Shown: positions 36,829 through 46,508, counted from the stretch's first letter. The stretch is 64,000 nt of DNA from Candidatus Magasanikbacteria bacterium RIFOXYC2_FULL_42_28 (GCA_001784435.1 MFQZ01000002.1:12502-76501), one strand, 5' to 3'. The notes: generated by a model not told the origin, from the sequence alone. Made by a program: numbers and translations.

Positions 36829-39037
36829 TTACTAAAATATCTCCAAATTTTTTAACAATTGCTTTATTATTATACCTCACTTCTCCTTCTTTTACCACCC
36901 CAAAACAACGACTCGCGCCGGTCAGTATTTTACTGTCCGCGAGTATTGCTTCGGCACTGCGCATTTTAAATTTATTAAATAATTGGACGCGTTCGGGTTG
37001 AGCAAAATTTTGGCCCATGGGAAATCCACCACCGATTATGGTTTTTGCGGAAATTGCTTCCAGGGCTAGTAGCGGATAAGTGTCAGCCAAGACACAGGGG
37101 CGCCGAGATTGCTTCTCTTCGCTCGCAATGACAGAATATACATAATCCATGGCCTGATATTCATCACGGCTGACCGTTTTAGCGTCTGGACCGAGAGAAT
37201 ATGAGGCGGTAATCGCGAGAGAGATAATAAAAATAATAAACAACAACGCGATAGATTGCTCCCCGCCAGAGGCGGACAGGCGTCTGATCCTCGCAATGAC
37301 AAAGTTGATTGCACCCGCTACCATTATGATGGCAAGCCAGGCCAAAACCACATCTAACCGGCGCGCTAATAAATTATCGCCAGTTAAAAAATAACGAGAA
37401 ATAATATTGCCGGACATTAGACCGAGAAATAATAGGGCAAGTAATTTTTGTCGCGGGCGATAGATTGCTTCGTCAGCGCCGGTGGCACCTCCTCGCAATG
37501 ACAAAAAGGCACCGAACAATGTCACGAACCAAAATAAAATCGCAAATCCAACCAGCCACCAGCGCCATTGCATTAGAATATTCACGACAAACGCGTAAGA
37601 CGGCGCTTGATTAAATAAAATATTTCCGGACGCGATGTCATGCGGACGCGGGCCACTTGCAAAATAATACGCGGAAAAATTACCAACGGTCTGTTGCGCT
37701 TGGCCGAGCCAATTTATATTAGGATTAAATTGTGAGTAATTGGTGATGAGTTCAATAATGGGGATGGATAGAGCAACGAGAATAAAAACCAACGGAAAGA
37801 TAAAAATAGATTGCCGCGTCGCTGCGCTCCTCGCAATGACAAAGTAAACCATCCACGCCAACCAAAATAAAATAAAATATAACGTATAACCAAAAATTAA
37901 TAACACGCCGGCAATTGCCAAAAATAGTATCCCTAATTTTTCGCCAACCGGACGCTTAACAATCATTAACAATAAAAACAGCCAAAATAAAAAATCGATA
38001 TTAACCGGCAAGGTGGTGGCGCCGGCAATTTGCAAGCCAAATGGCAAAAATCCCAACCAAACTAAAAATAATGATTCGGATTTCTTCCACCCCAAAGCCC
38101 TCCCCCATTCAAACGCCAAAATCGGAAAAAATAACGCCCACAAAATCGGCCCGAACCAGCGATTAAAACTCATTAAATCAAAATTGAAAAAAGTTTTGCC
38201 GATTATGCCCAATGACCAAAATTGCGCGTAACCCAATCGACCAATATCTAATTTTTGCCAAAAATTGGATTCGCCTATGGGAGCAACAGTTGAAAAACTA
38301 TTTCCCGCCACCAAATTTAATTCCTGTCCCAAATGCCGCCAACTATCGGCATTATAAAAATACTCATGTGTGGCTGGCAAATAACTGGTAAGCAAAAATG
38401 CGTGCGCGCAAAGTAAAAACAACACCACCTTGGCTGGTAATTTCGCAAAACATAAAAATCCTAAAACTAAAGTAGCGGCGCCGAACCAATAAATATAGGC
38501 GGACGGTAAAATTTGCCAAGGGGTAACAGGGCTTGGCTGCGTTACACCCTGTAAACCGTCAGTGCCAATTGTAAATAATTGATGGGCGGTAATTAACCAC
38601 AAAACAACATACAAAAACACCCCAGCTTTGTTGCGTGGCATTTCCTGCAAAATTTTCAAATTATCATCAAACCAAGCCAGCATTTCTGACTCCTCTTGAT
38701 TCTCTCTCCAAAAAATCAAAGGCAATAACCCTGCCCCAAATAGCGCCAAAGCCACGCTAAGGGGCGTAAAATGATAGAAACACAGCGAAAGCCCAATGAT
38801 CCACCCGGCGCTCATAAGCGCTCCCAAGGCCGCCAAGAGCCGTACACGCAAAGCGCGTGGTGAAAAATCAAATCTAACAACTAAAATTCGGCGCCACCAT
38901 TTGGCTGTAATTAGCCAATAAAATAAAAAAATGGCGCTTTTTTGCCAAGTAGGCGCGTTATAAAATAATAAAAAAAATATCAAACCGGATATAATAAATA
39001 GGCCCAATAACTTTTTGGAAAACACGCGAAAATTCAT
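36818..39037 (-). CDS. large polytopic membrane protein (about 20 TM; possible lipid-linked glycosyltransferase-like) carrying four in-frame GPE insertions
   Basis: Hydrophobic throughout. No catalytic motif recognised. Confidence 0.4.
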   Translation of the reverse strand: MNFRVFSKKLLGLFIISGLIFFLLFYNAPTWQKSAIFLFYWLITAKWWRRILVVRFDFSPRALRVRLLAALGALMSAGWIIGLSLCFYHFTPLSVALALFGAGLLPLIFWRENQEESEMLAWFDDNLKILQEMPRNKAGVFLYVVLWLITAHQLFTIGTDGLQGVTQPSPVTPWQILPSAYIYWFGAATLVLGFLCFAKLPAKVVLFLLCAHAFLLTSYLPATHEYFYNADSWRHLGQELNLVAGNSFSTVAPIGESNFWQKLDIGRLGYAQFWSLGIIGKTFFNFDLMSFNRWFGPILWALFFPILAFEWGRALGWKKSESLFLVWLGFLPFGLQIAGATTLPVNIDFLFWLFLLLMIVKRPVGEKLGILFLAIAGVLLIFGYTLYFILFWLAWMVYFVIARSAATRQSIFIFPLVFILVALSIPIIELITNYSQFNPNINWLGQAQQTVGNFSAYYFASGPRPHDIASGNILFNQAPSYAFVVNILMQWRWWLVGFAILFWFVTLFGAFLSLRGGATGADEAIYRPRQKLLALLFLGLMSGNIISRYFLTGDNLLARRLDVVLAWLAIIMVAGAINFVIARIRRLSASGGEQSIALLFIIFIISLAITASYSLGPDAKTVSRDEYQAMDYVYSVIASEEKQSRRPCVLADTYPLLALEAISAKTIIGGGFPMGQNFAQPERVQLFNKFKMRSAEAILADSKILTGASRCFGVVKEGEVRYNNKAIVKKFGDILVIEN
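37105..37842. repeat. four GC-rich palindromic element copies (ATTGC/GCAAT stem variant) inside a CDS
   Basis: Copies at 37105-37134, 37251-37302, 37460-37504 and 37806-37842. Each reads (G)ATAGATTGC-variable GC-rich hairpin-CTCGCAATGACA(A)AG. Three are translated as FVIAR... (a shortened VIAS version at the first copy), and the third copy in a different frame as FLSLRGG.... Confidence 0.8.
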
Positions 39038-39102
39038 ACCACCCTATTATACAAAACTATGCACACTTTATCAACACCACTCCCCTTGCGGGTAAATGAT
39101 GG

Positions 39103-40581
39103 ATGAGATACTATATACAAACTATGGCCACTGACGAACTTAATAAAATTCCACCGCAAAGTTTGGAAGCCGAGATGTCACTACTCGGTTCTATTTTGTT
39201 GGACAAAGACGCGATGCTTAAAATCGCGGATATTACCCAGCCGGATGATTTTTATAAAGACGCGCATTTTAAAATTTTTGAAACTATCGCCGAGCTGTAT
39301 TCCAAAAATGAACCAATTGATATTTTAAGTTTGAGCAACCGCTTGGAAGAAACCGGTACTTTGGAAAAAGTGGGCGGACGATCTTATCTCGCCACGCTGG
39401 CCAATTCCACGCCGACCGCCGCCAATATCGTCAACTACGCTAATATCGTTCACAAAAAAGCCGTACGCCGCCGCTTGCTCGGCGCGTCGCACGAAATTTC
39501 GCGTTTGGGTTATGAAGAAGTGGAGGATATTGAAACCATTTTAGATCAAGCCCAGCGCTCACTGTTTGGCGTATCGCAAATTTATTTTAAACAAACTTTC
39601 GCGCCCATTCGGAGTGTGCTGACGGACGCGTTTGACCGCATTGACGAGTTGCACCGTAACAAAGGGCAGATGCGCGGACTGCCGACCGGTTTTACGCAAT
39701 TGGATAATCTGCTGGCCGGTCTACAAAAATCCGATTTGGTAATTTTGGCCGCGCGCCCTTCTGTGGGTAAAACCTCTTTGGCTTTGGATATGATTAGGAA
39801 TATCGGTGTTAAACAAAAAAAACCGGTCGCGATATTTTCTTTGGAAATGAGTAAAGAACAATTGGTGGACAGATTGCTGTGCGCCGAAGCCGGTATTGAT
39901 TTGTGGCGGATGCGCACCGGCAAATTATCCGACCGACCGGAAGATGATGATTTTCCGCGTATTGGCCACGCGATTGGCGTGTTGTCCGAGGCGCCGATTT
40001 TTATTGATGACTCCCCCAATGTTAACATCATGCAAATTCGGACCAAGGCGCGCCGTTTGCAAGCCGAGCATGGTTTGGGTTTAATTGTCATTGATTATTT
40101 GCAACTGATGGAATCGCGCGGTAATATTGAAAACCGCGTCCAAGAAGTCGCGGAAATTACCCGTGGACTTAAAAGCATCGCCCGCGAATTAAATATTCCG
40201 GTAATGGCGCTATCGCAGTTATCGCGCGTGGTAGAACAAAGCAAGCCGGCGATTCCAAAATTGTCGCATTTGCGTGAATCCGGCTCTATTGAACAGGACG
40301 CGGATGTCGTTATGTTTATTTACCGCAAAGCCGCGGACAGAAATTATCGTCCCGAAGATGTGGCGCCCGATGAAAAAAACATCGCCGAAATTCACATTGC
40401 CAAACACCGCAATGGTCCAACCGGCGTGGTCAAGTGTATTTTCCGCGAACAATTGGCATCGTTCCGTAATTTGGATACTACTTACAGCACACCCACGCCC
40501 AGTGGCCCGCCAACGTTAAAACCTAAATCAGCGTTTGTGAAAATTCCACCCCAACGACCGCCGGAGGAACCAGAGTTTTAG
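39103..40581 (+). CDS. dnaB: replicative DNA helicase DnaB
   Basis: DnaB N-domain (PPQSLEAEMSLLGSIL), Walker A ARPSVGKTSLAL and RecA-like C-domain. The true start may be the internal Met at 39124. Confidence 0.9.
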   Translation: MRYYIQTMATDELNKIPPQSLEAEMSLLGSILLDKDAMLKIADITQPDDFYKDAHFKIFETIAELYSKNEPIDILSLSNRLEETGTLEKVGGRSYLATLANSTPTAANIVNYANIVHKKAVRRRLLGASHEISRLGYEEVEDIETILDQAQRSLFGVSQIYFKQTFAPIRSVLTDAFDRIDELHRNKGQMRGLPTGFTQLDNLLAGLQKSDLVILAARPSVGKTSLALDMIRNIGVKQKKPVAIFSLEMSKEQLVDRLLCAEAGIDLWRMRTGKLSDRPEDDDFPRIGHAIGVLSEAPIFIDDSPNVNIMQIRTKARRLQAEHGLGLIVIDYLQLMESRGNIENRVQEVAEITRGLKSIARELNIPVMALSQLSRVVEQSKPAIPKLSHLRESGSIEQDADVVMFIYRKAADRNYRPEDVAPDEKNIAEIHIAKHRNGPTGVVKCIFREQLASFRNLDTTYSTPTPSGPPTLKPKSAFVKIPPQRPPEEPEF

Positions 40582-40594
40582 CGCAACACACGCC

Positions 40595-40688
40595 TGTCAT
40601 TTCGAATCCCCCGTCGCAGTGGGGTGAGAAATCTCCATCTCGACGGGATAGAGATCCCTCGTCGGTGCGAACCTCGCTCGGGATGACA
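40595..40688. repeat. GC-rich palindromic element, complex copy
   Basis: TGTCATTTCGAA...cgacGGGATAGAGATCCCtcgtcg...CTCGGGATGACA. Confidence 0.7.
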
Positions 40689-40721
40689 AAATAAAAAAAT
40701 TAATTTTTAAATTAAAAATAT

Positions 40722-41027
40722 ATGAGCATGCTAGGAAAACTCAAGCAGTTTAAAGATTTACGCGAACAGGGTAAAAAAATGCAATCGTTATTAAAAGATG
40801 AAGCTACGACCGCAACTTCGGCCGGTGGAAAAGTCGCAGTGACCTTGGATGGAAATTTGCAAATGTCCGGATGTGCGATTGATACCAGCCTGTTAGTTGC
40901 GTCCGAAAAATCGAAATTAGAAAATGCAATAAAAGACGCACACAACGATGCTTTGAAAAAAATCCAGCGCGTGATTGCGACCAAGATGCAAGAGTCAGGT
41001 GATTTTAAAATGCCAGGTTTTAATTAA
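40722..41027 (+). CDS. ybaB: nucleoid-associated protein YbaB/EbfC
   Basis: About 100 aa, KLKQFKDL...MQ start and a C-terminal ...FKMPGF motif typical of YbaB. Adjacent to recR. Confidence 0.8.
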   Translation: MSMLGKLKQFKDLREQGKKMQSLLKDEATTATSAGGKVAVTLDGNLQMSGCAIDTSLLVASEKSKLENAIKDAHNDALKKIQRVIATKMQESGDFKMPGFN

Positions 41028-41624
41028 ATGTATTCCCAATCCATCGACAAACTAATTGCCGAATTAAAAAAATTGCCATCGGTGGGCCAACATACCGCCG
41101 AACGGTATGTTTTTCATTATTTAACTCGGGGCAAACGCGAAGTGGCGGATTTGATTTTGAGTTTAAATGGATTAATTAATAATGTAAAAAGTTGCGAAGT
41201 GTGCTGGGATTTTACCGATACGAGCCCGTGCAGAATTTGTTCGGATCCAAAACGTGATCAATCCGTGCTGTGCGTGGTCGCGGATTCGCAATCAGTTGTT
41301 GCATTACAAAAAACCGGCGCCTTTATCGGACGCTATCATGTTTTGCGCGGGGTATTAGATGGTAGTGACCCGGAAAGTTTTAGACGAATTAAATTAAAAG
41401 AATTATTTAATCGATCTGTAAAAGATAAAAATTTGAAGGAAATTATTTTGGCGCTTAATCCGGATTTGTCTGGTGAGACGACGATGTTGTATTTGGAAAA
41501 AGAATTACGTACAAAAAATCCAACAATCAAAATTGTGCGCCTGGCACGCGGATTACCATCGGGTAGTGATTTGCAATACGCCGATGAGATTACCTTGGAG
41601 AGCGCGTTGAAAAATAGGAGGTAA
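41028..41624 (+). CDS. recR: recombination protein RecR
   Basis: HhH LPSVGQHTAERYVFH, a C4 zinc finger CEVCWDFTDTSPCRIC and a Toprim domain. Confidence 0.9.
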   Translation: MYSQSIDKLIAELKKLPSVGQHTAERYVFHYLTRGKREVADLILSLNGLINNVKSCEVCWDFTDTSPCRICSDPKRDQSVLCVVADSQSVVALQKTGAFIGRYHVLRGVLDGSDPESFRRIKLKELFNRSVKDKNLKEIILALNPDLSGETTMLYLEKELRTKNPTIKIVRLARGLPSGSDLQYADEITLESALKNRR

Positions 41625-41628
41625 AAAA

Positions 41629-41647
41629 ATCCCGACTAAGTCGGGAT
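41629..41647. terminator. bidirectional rho-independent terminator, CCCGACTAAGTCGGG family
   Basis: aaaaaaATCCCGACTAAGTCGGGATtaaattttt, between convergent recR and rplU. Confidence 0.7.
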
Positions 41648-41667
41648 TAAATTTTTCTATTGCTTCT

Positions 41668-41973
41668 TTACGCGAATTTCACTTCGGTAAATCTTTGGCG
41701 CTGACCGTGGACTTTATGGTAGCGCACTTTGCGTTTGAATTTTTCTACGCGCAAGGTTCGGTTCTTGCCTTGGCGCACGACATTGGCTTCTACTTTGACG
41801 CCATCCAAATACGGCGTGCCGACTTTGGCATTACTGCCATCGTCGTCAGCCATAAGCAAAACTTTATCAAAATTAACTTTGTCGCCGGCAACGACTTCTA
41901 ATTTTTCAATTTTTAACACTTCGCCATTCTTGACTAAGTATTGTTTTCCGCCGGTTGCAATTACTGCTAACAT
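41668..41973 (-). CDS. rplU: 50S ribosomal protein L21
   Basis: MLAVIATGGKQYLV...RQGKNRTLRVEKFKRKVRYHKVHGQRQRFTEV. Confidence 0.9.
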   Translation of the reverse strand: MLAVIATGGKQYLVKNGEVLKIEKLEVVAGDKVNFDKVLLMADDDGSNAKVGTPYLDGVKVEANVVRQGKNRTLRVEKFKRKVRYHKVHGQRQRFTEVKFA

Positions 41974-41993
41974 ATAATAATATCAACTTAATT

Positions 41994-42059
41994 GTCATGC
42001 TGAACTTGTTTCAGCATCTCCTGAAAATCACGGGATCCTGAAACAAGTTCAGGATGACA
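41994..42059. repeat. GC-rich palindromic element, ATGCTGAA/ATCCTGAA stem variant, double hairpin
   Basis: TGTC-ATGCTGAActtgtTTCAGCAT-ctcctgaaaatcacggg-ATCCTGAAacaagTTCAGGAT-GACA. Confidence 0.75.
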
Positions 42060-42098
42060 CGAATAATGGGCTAATTATAATACACTTCTATGTTTTTG

Positions 42099-42566
42099 TC
42101 AATTGCCAACGGCAAAGCTATCCCCAATCTTGATATTTCGCGCCAAAACCTGCCCCGCCGGCATCTCTAAAACAAAATCCGAATCCTGGCGAGCAAAATA
42201 CACAATTAAGTCGGTTTCGGCCCGATTGGGCTCAATGGGCACGTTGGGAGCGATGTCTATTACTTTACCGTCACGAATCCACAGGATATCAATGGGGAAT
42301 TTCATATCGCGCATTACAATGCTGTGCTGGTCTTCGCTGGGAAATACAAAAAGCATGCCATCGTATTTATCTAGATTCTCTCGACCACCTAATCCTTTGT
42401 ACAAACGGGTTGATTCTTTGGCAACTAAAACTTTTAAATCATTATTATTAATTTTAACTTCTATACTTGGCCAGTGATAGGAATATAGTTTGACCACCAA
42501 AGCAAATAATATTATTCCGCCAAATAATATAATACTGCGCTTATTGCTATTTTTTTTATCAGACAT
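42099..42566 (-). CDS. DUF192-family protein (COG1430) with N-terminal TM
   Basis: GLGGRENLDKYDGMLFVFP...MRDMKFPIDILWI matches the DUF192 pattern. Confidence 0.6.
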   Translation of the reverse strand: MSDKKNSNKRSIILFGGIILFALVVKLYSYHWPSIEVKINNNDLKVLVAKESTRLYKGLGGRENLDKYDGMLFVFPSEDQHSIVMRDMKFPIDILWIRDGKVIDIAPNVPIEPNRAETDLIVYFARQDSDFVLEMPAGQVLARNIKIGDSFAVGN

Positions 42567-42570
42567 ATAT

Positions 42571-42690
42571 TGATAATTTCAAAATCCTAATTTCCAATTT
42601 CCAACCAATGCCAAAGCCAAAATATCAAATTTGTCATTATGATTTTGGATTTGATTTGACATTGGAAATTGGAAATTTGACATTATTATC
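42571..42690. repeat. AT-rich palindromic element, TTTCCAATTTCC family, copy 3
   Basis: tgataatttcaaaatcctaatttccaatttccaa...cattggaaattggaaatttgacattattatc. Its reverse complement is about 90% identical to the copy at 57152-57262. Confidence 0.75.
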
Positions 42691-43692
42691 GCCCCGTCCT
42701 ATCGCCAATGCTACCACACCCATAAGCGCAATAGCAAATAACAACGCCACCAACTTCCCCACACTTTGCAAAAACCACGCGAGTGATCCAAATCCGGCGG
42801 CGACTACATACAACATTAAAACAATCGTGCGCTCGGAAATTTTGAATTTATCCGCCAGCCAATAATATATATGTTCGCGATCGCCTTGAAAAATTGACTG
42901 GTGGCGACGGACGCGAACAATTATTACCCGAATTAGATCTAAAATCGGCACCGCCATCACGAGTAAGGCAGTGGCAATTTTACCACCGGAAATTACCGCT
43001 AAAATTCCCAAAATATATCCCAAAAACATTCCGCCACCTTCTCCTAAAAATATTTTCGCCGGTTGAAAATTAAAAATTAAAAAACCGAGAATCGCGCCAA
43101 CAAAAATTAATGCCAGTAGCGCCATATCGGGTTGATGCCAACGCTCGCCACTCGCCACGCCGTAAATGACGAGAGCCCCAATGGCCGTGATGCCGGCCGC
43201 GAGGCCATCTAAACCATCTAAAATTTTTACCGTGCTGGTCATCCCAAAAATCCAAACAAATACTAAAGCGCTCGCCCCCAAACCACTCAGACCAATTACC
43301 CCGCCCAAAGGATTGGTAATTTTGTCTATTCCCACTCCCCCACCAATTGCTAAAAAGCACGCCAAAGCAATTGCGGTTAAACGAGCAACCGGAGACAAGC
43401 GTTGTTTGTCGTCAAATAATCCAACAATTAATAATACCAAACTGCCAAAAAATACGCCCACTAAGTCAACCGGATGTAAATTTTTACCAAATAAATTAGT
43501 AAAATTTATAATATACCCAACCACCAGCCAAAAAGCCAAAAAAATCGCTATTCCACCTCCCAAAGGCACCGGCCGGCTATGCAGTTTACGCCCACCGTCC
43601 GGAATATCAAAAAGTTTTATGGTGGTGAATAATTTTATGGCACCAAAAGTAAAAAGTGCTGACAGTGCCAATGAAACAAGAAAAAAATACAT
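42637..43692 (-). CDS. polyprenyl-phosphate N-acetylhexosamine-1-phosphate transferase (MraY/WecA family, GT4)
   Basis: DIPDGGRKLHSRPVPLGGGIAIF signature and 10-11 TM segments. The last ~18 codons lie within the AT-rich element. Confidence 0.7.
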   Translation of the reverse strand: MYFFLVSLALSALFTFGAIKLFTTIKLFDIPDGGRKLHSRPVPLGGGIAIFLAFWLVVGYIINFTNLFGKNLHPVDLVGVFFGSLVLLIVGLFDDKQRLSPVARLTAIALACFLAIGGGVGIDKITNPLGGVIGLSGLGASALVFVWIFGMTSTVKILDGLDGLAAGITAIGALVIYGVASGERWHQPDMALLALIFVGAILGFLIFNFQPAKIFLGEGGGMFLGYILGILAVISGGKIATALLVMAVPILDLIRVIIVRVRRHQSIFQGDREHIYYWLADKFKISERTIVLMLYVVAAGFGSLAWFLQSVGKLVALLFAIALMGVVALAIGRGDNNVKFPISNVKSNPKS

Positions 43693-43697
43693 AAAAT

Positions 43698-46478
43698 TTA
43701 CTCAACTCTCAATTCCCCTCCCGCACCTATTACGACCACATCGCGTCGTTTTAACTTACCAGACAAAATCAAATCTGCTAATTTATTTTCCACTCGCTCC
43801 TGCAAAGCGCGACGCATTGGACGAGCGCCAAATTCGGGATCAAAACCAACTTTTGCCAAAAAATCTAAGGCCTCCTCTTCAACTTTCAAATCAATTCCTT
43901 TTGCTTCCAAATCTTTCGCCACGCGTTTTAACATCAATCCGGCAATTTTACGAATCGCGTCCTCGTCCAAACCGTGAAACAATACAATTCCATCAAACCG
44001 ATTTAAAAATTCCGGTTTAAAATATTGGCCTAATTCGCCGTGCAAGAGCCGTTCTTTAATTGCTTCACTGGATAATCCTTCGCGCATTTTATCTGTTACA
44101 TACGCGGTGCCGGCATTGGTGGTCGCGATTAAAATCACATTGGTAAAATCCGCCACTCGCCCGACACTGTCGGTCAAGCGCCCGTCGTCCATCACTTGTA
44201 AAAATAAATTCAAAATATCTTTATCCGCTTTTTCAATTTCATCTAACAACAATAACGCGAACGGATTTTGGCGCACGGCTTCGGTCAAAATTCCACTTCC
44301 CTTTTCTCCGGGCGCGCCCAGCAAACGATAAATGCCGGATTTATCTTGATACTCACTCATATCCAACCGAATCATCCGCTCTTCACCGCCAAAATATACT
44401 TGCGCGATGGTTTTGGCTAATTCGGTTTTGCCCACGCCGGTCGGACCCATAAATAAAAAGTTGGCAATAGGTTTATTTTGCGATCGAATTTCCGCGCGCG
44501 CCCGCCGGAGAGCACTCGCGACCATCCCGACCGCTTCGTCTTGGCCAATGACGCGTTCGTGCATTTTTGTTTCTAAATTAATTAATTTTGTGCTTTCATC
44601 GGCCGATACGGTTGATGCCGGAATATGGGTTTTTTCTGCCACCACCGCTCCGGTTTCTTCGGCCGTAACGAGCGAATTCGCGCCTTTGGTATTGCGAGTA
44701 TGCACCGCGGTTTCGCTCATCACTTCCAAAGCGCTCCCGGGTAAACAAGAGTCGTGAATAAAACGTTTTGACAGTTGCACGGCCTTGGCAATCGCGTCAT
44801 ACGAAAAAAAGACATTATTTTTGTATTCCGCGTAACCAACTTTTGATTCCAAAACTTGAATCGCCTGATTTTCATCCATTTCTTTAATTTCCACTTTGGT
44901 AAATACGCCACTTAAGGCCGAATTGGCAAAATTACGCGCGTACTCGTCGGTTGAGGTCGTCGCGAAAGTAAAAAAACGCCTGCTGGACAAATGTTCGGCC
45001 ATGGCATTGGCAACATCCAAGCCCCCTTCCGCGCCGGCCGAAACACCGATTAAATCATGAATGTTGTGAATAAATAAAATAATATTTTTTGCCCGCGCGA
45101 CTTCGTACATGATATTTTGTAATCGTTCGACCGCGCCGGACGGCGACGCGCCGGCCAACAATGCCGAGGTGCTGATGCGTACCAATCGTTTATCTTTCAA
45201 GCGGGGTGGCACATCTTCGGCCACCATTTTTTGCGCCAATCCTTCCATCACACTTTTTTTACCAACCCCATGTTCACCCACTAAAATTACATTTTCTCGT
45301 CCACCGTCCACCACGCGAAAAATTTCTTCAATTTCTTTATCACGCGCCACACAATTTTCCAAACGCCCAAATTGCGCCATTAAGGTCAAATCCTCGCTAA
45401 ATTGATTTAAAAATGGTGTTTGCACGGCCGTCATTGCCCGGTCCATTCCTTTGGTAGAACGTCGCCAAGCGGCTTTTCTAAATTCTTGATGTTGCCGATA
45501 CAGTCGTTCGCGAATTCGCACCCACTCTACCACATTTTCTAATTTTTGTTTGTTAATATCTAATCCAAATAAAATATCCTGCAAAACCGGCGCTTGTTTT
45601 ACAACCGCGAGCAATAATTCCGTCACACTGACATAATCTTGATGGGCGTGAAACGCTTCTTCATAGGCCTGAAAAATCACCTGCTGAAAATCGGCCGATG
45701 GCAACGGCAATAAATTTTTTGATTTATTTTTTGCTTTGGGAAATAATTTTCCTAATTCGGATTGAATTGATTTGGCCGGAACACTCAAACGAATAAAAAT
45801 ATTGGCGATGCGATTAAATGATAATAAGGTATAAAATAAATGAATCGGCTCGATCGCGGTGGAGCCGGCCCTGTCGGCAAAACGATAAGCATTGGCTAAA
45901 ACAATTTTGGCCTCGTCGGTATAGGATTCGGAAATATTAATGCGTCGCGCGCGCCGAATTTTAAACGCGGATTTCCAATCATCAATTTTGCGATCACTGC
46001 CACCTTCGTCACCTTGATAAGAATGACGCTCTACCAAACCAACCTGTTGTTTTTGGCGAATTAAACGATATTGAAAATACAAAACCAGTAGCGCGCCAAC
46101 CCAAAACAACGGCTCATTAAAAAACATTTTTAAACCGACCAACGGATCAATTTTCCATAATTGAATAAAAACCAGATGGCTTTTACTTTCATAAGAAAAC
46201 CACCCAAACCAAAGCCAACAAACCGCGATCAGAACTCCCACGGTAATAAAACGAATGATATTAAAAATTCGGCGACCACGCGCGAGTGACAAATGATAGC
46301 GAGTTAAAGGAAATTTCCAAAACAACCATTTTCCGCGAATCAAATGCCCCATTGCCAGGCCACGACAATTTGAACAGCGCAAAAAATTCTTAGTGCCGGT
46401 GGATTGACAATCCGGGCAAGTTACCAGATTTAGTGATGGCTGTTTTTCGAACATCATACAGACAAAATCAAAATGCAA
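43698..46478 (-). CDS. Clp/Hsp100 AAA+ ATPase (ClpA/ClpC-like) with N-terminal zinc ribbon and TM anchor
   Basis: N-terminal CPDCQ...CSNCRG and two or three TM helices, a Clp N repeat region, AAA1 GEHGVGKKS and AAA2 GPTGVGKTELAK. Confidence 0.8.
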   Translation of the reverse strand: MHFDFVCMMFEKQPSLNLVTCPDCQSTGTKNFLRCSNCRGLAMGHLIRGKWLFWKFPLTRYHLSLARGRRIFNIIRFITVGVLIAVCWLWFGWFSYESKSHLVFIQLWKIDPLVGLKMFFNEPLFWVGALLVLYFQYRLIRQKQQVGLVERHSYQGDEGGSDRKIDDWKSAFKIRRARRINISESYTDEAKIVLANAYRFADRAGSTAIEPIHLFYTLLSFNRIANIFIRLSVPAKSIQSELGKLFPKAKNKSKNLLPLPSADFQQVIFQAYEEAFHAHQDYVSVTELLLAVVKQAPVLQDILFGLDINKQKLENVVEWVRIRERLYRQHQEFRKAAWRRSTKGMDRAMTAVQTPFLNQFSEDLTLMAQFGRLENCVARDKEIEEIFRVVDGGRENVILVGEHGVGKKSVMEGLAQKMVAEDVPPRLKDKRLVRISTSALLAGASPSGAVERLQNIMYEVARAKNIILFIHNIHDLIGVSAGAEGGLDVANAMAEHLSSRRFFTFATTSTDEYARNFANSALSGVFTKVEIKEMDENQAIQVLESKVGYAEYKNNVFFSYDAIAKAVQLSKRFIHDSCLPGSALEVMSETAVHTRNTKGANSLVTAEETGAVVAEKTHIPASTVSADESTKLINLETKMHERVIGQDEAVGMVASALRRARAEIRSQNKPIANFLFMGPTGVGKTELAKTIAQVYFGGEERMIRLDMSEYQDKSGIYRLLGAPGEKGSGILTEAVRQNPFALLLLDEIEKADKDILNLFLQVMDDGRLTDSVGRVADFTNVILIATTNAGTAYVTDKMREGLSSEAIKERLLHGELGQYFKPEFLNRFDGIVLFHGLDEDAIRKIAGLMLKRVAKDLEAKGIDLKVEEEALDFLAKVGFDPEFGARPMRRALQERVENKLADLILSGKLKRRDVVVIGAGGELRVE

Positions 46479-46508
46479 ATATCAAAATGAAAAATGACAA
46501 TATAAAAT

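Noticed and set aside
36818-39037. Peptide-level tandem repeat (FVIAR...) as a functional protein motif
   Set aside because: The conserved part is the DNA (ATAGATTGC...CTCGCAATGACAAAG). One copy is read in a different frame and gives an unrelated peptide, and the same DNA family occurs intergenically. DNA-element insertion is the simpler explanation.
39582-40091. 169-aa minus-strand ORF inside dnaB
   Set aside because: It is antisense to the DnaB Walker region. Spurious.
43166-44020. 284-aa + strand ORF, Pro/Lys/Thr-rich
   Set aside because: It is entirely antisense to the MraY/WecA-like and ClpC-like genes, which have strong motifs. The low-complexity translation is typical of antisense frames.
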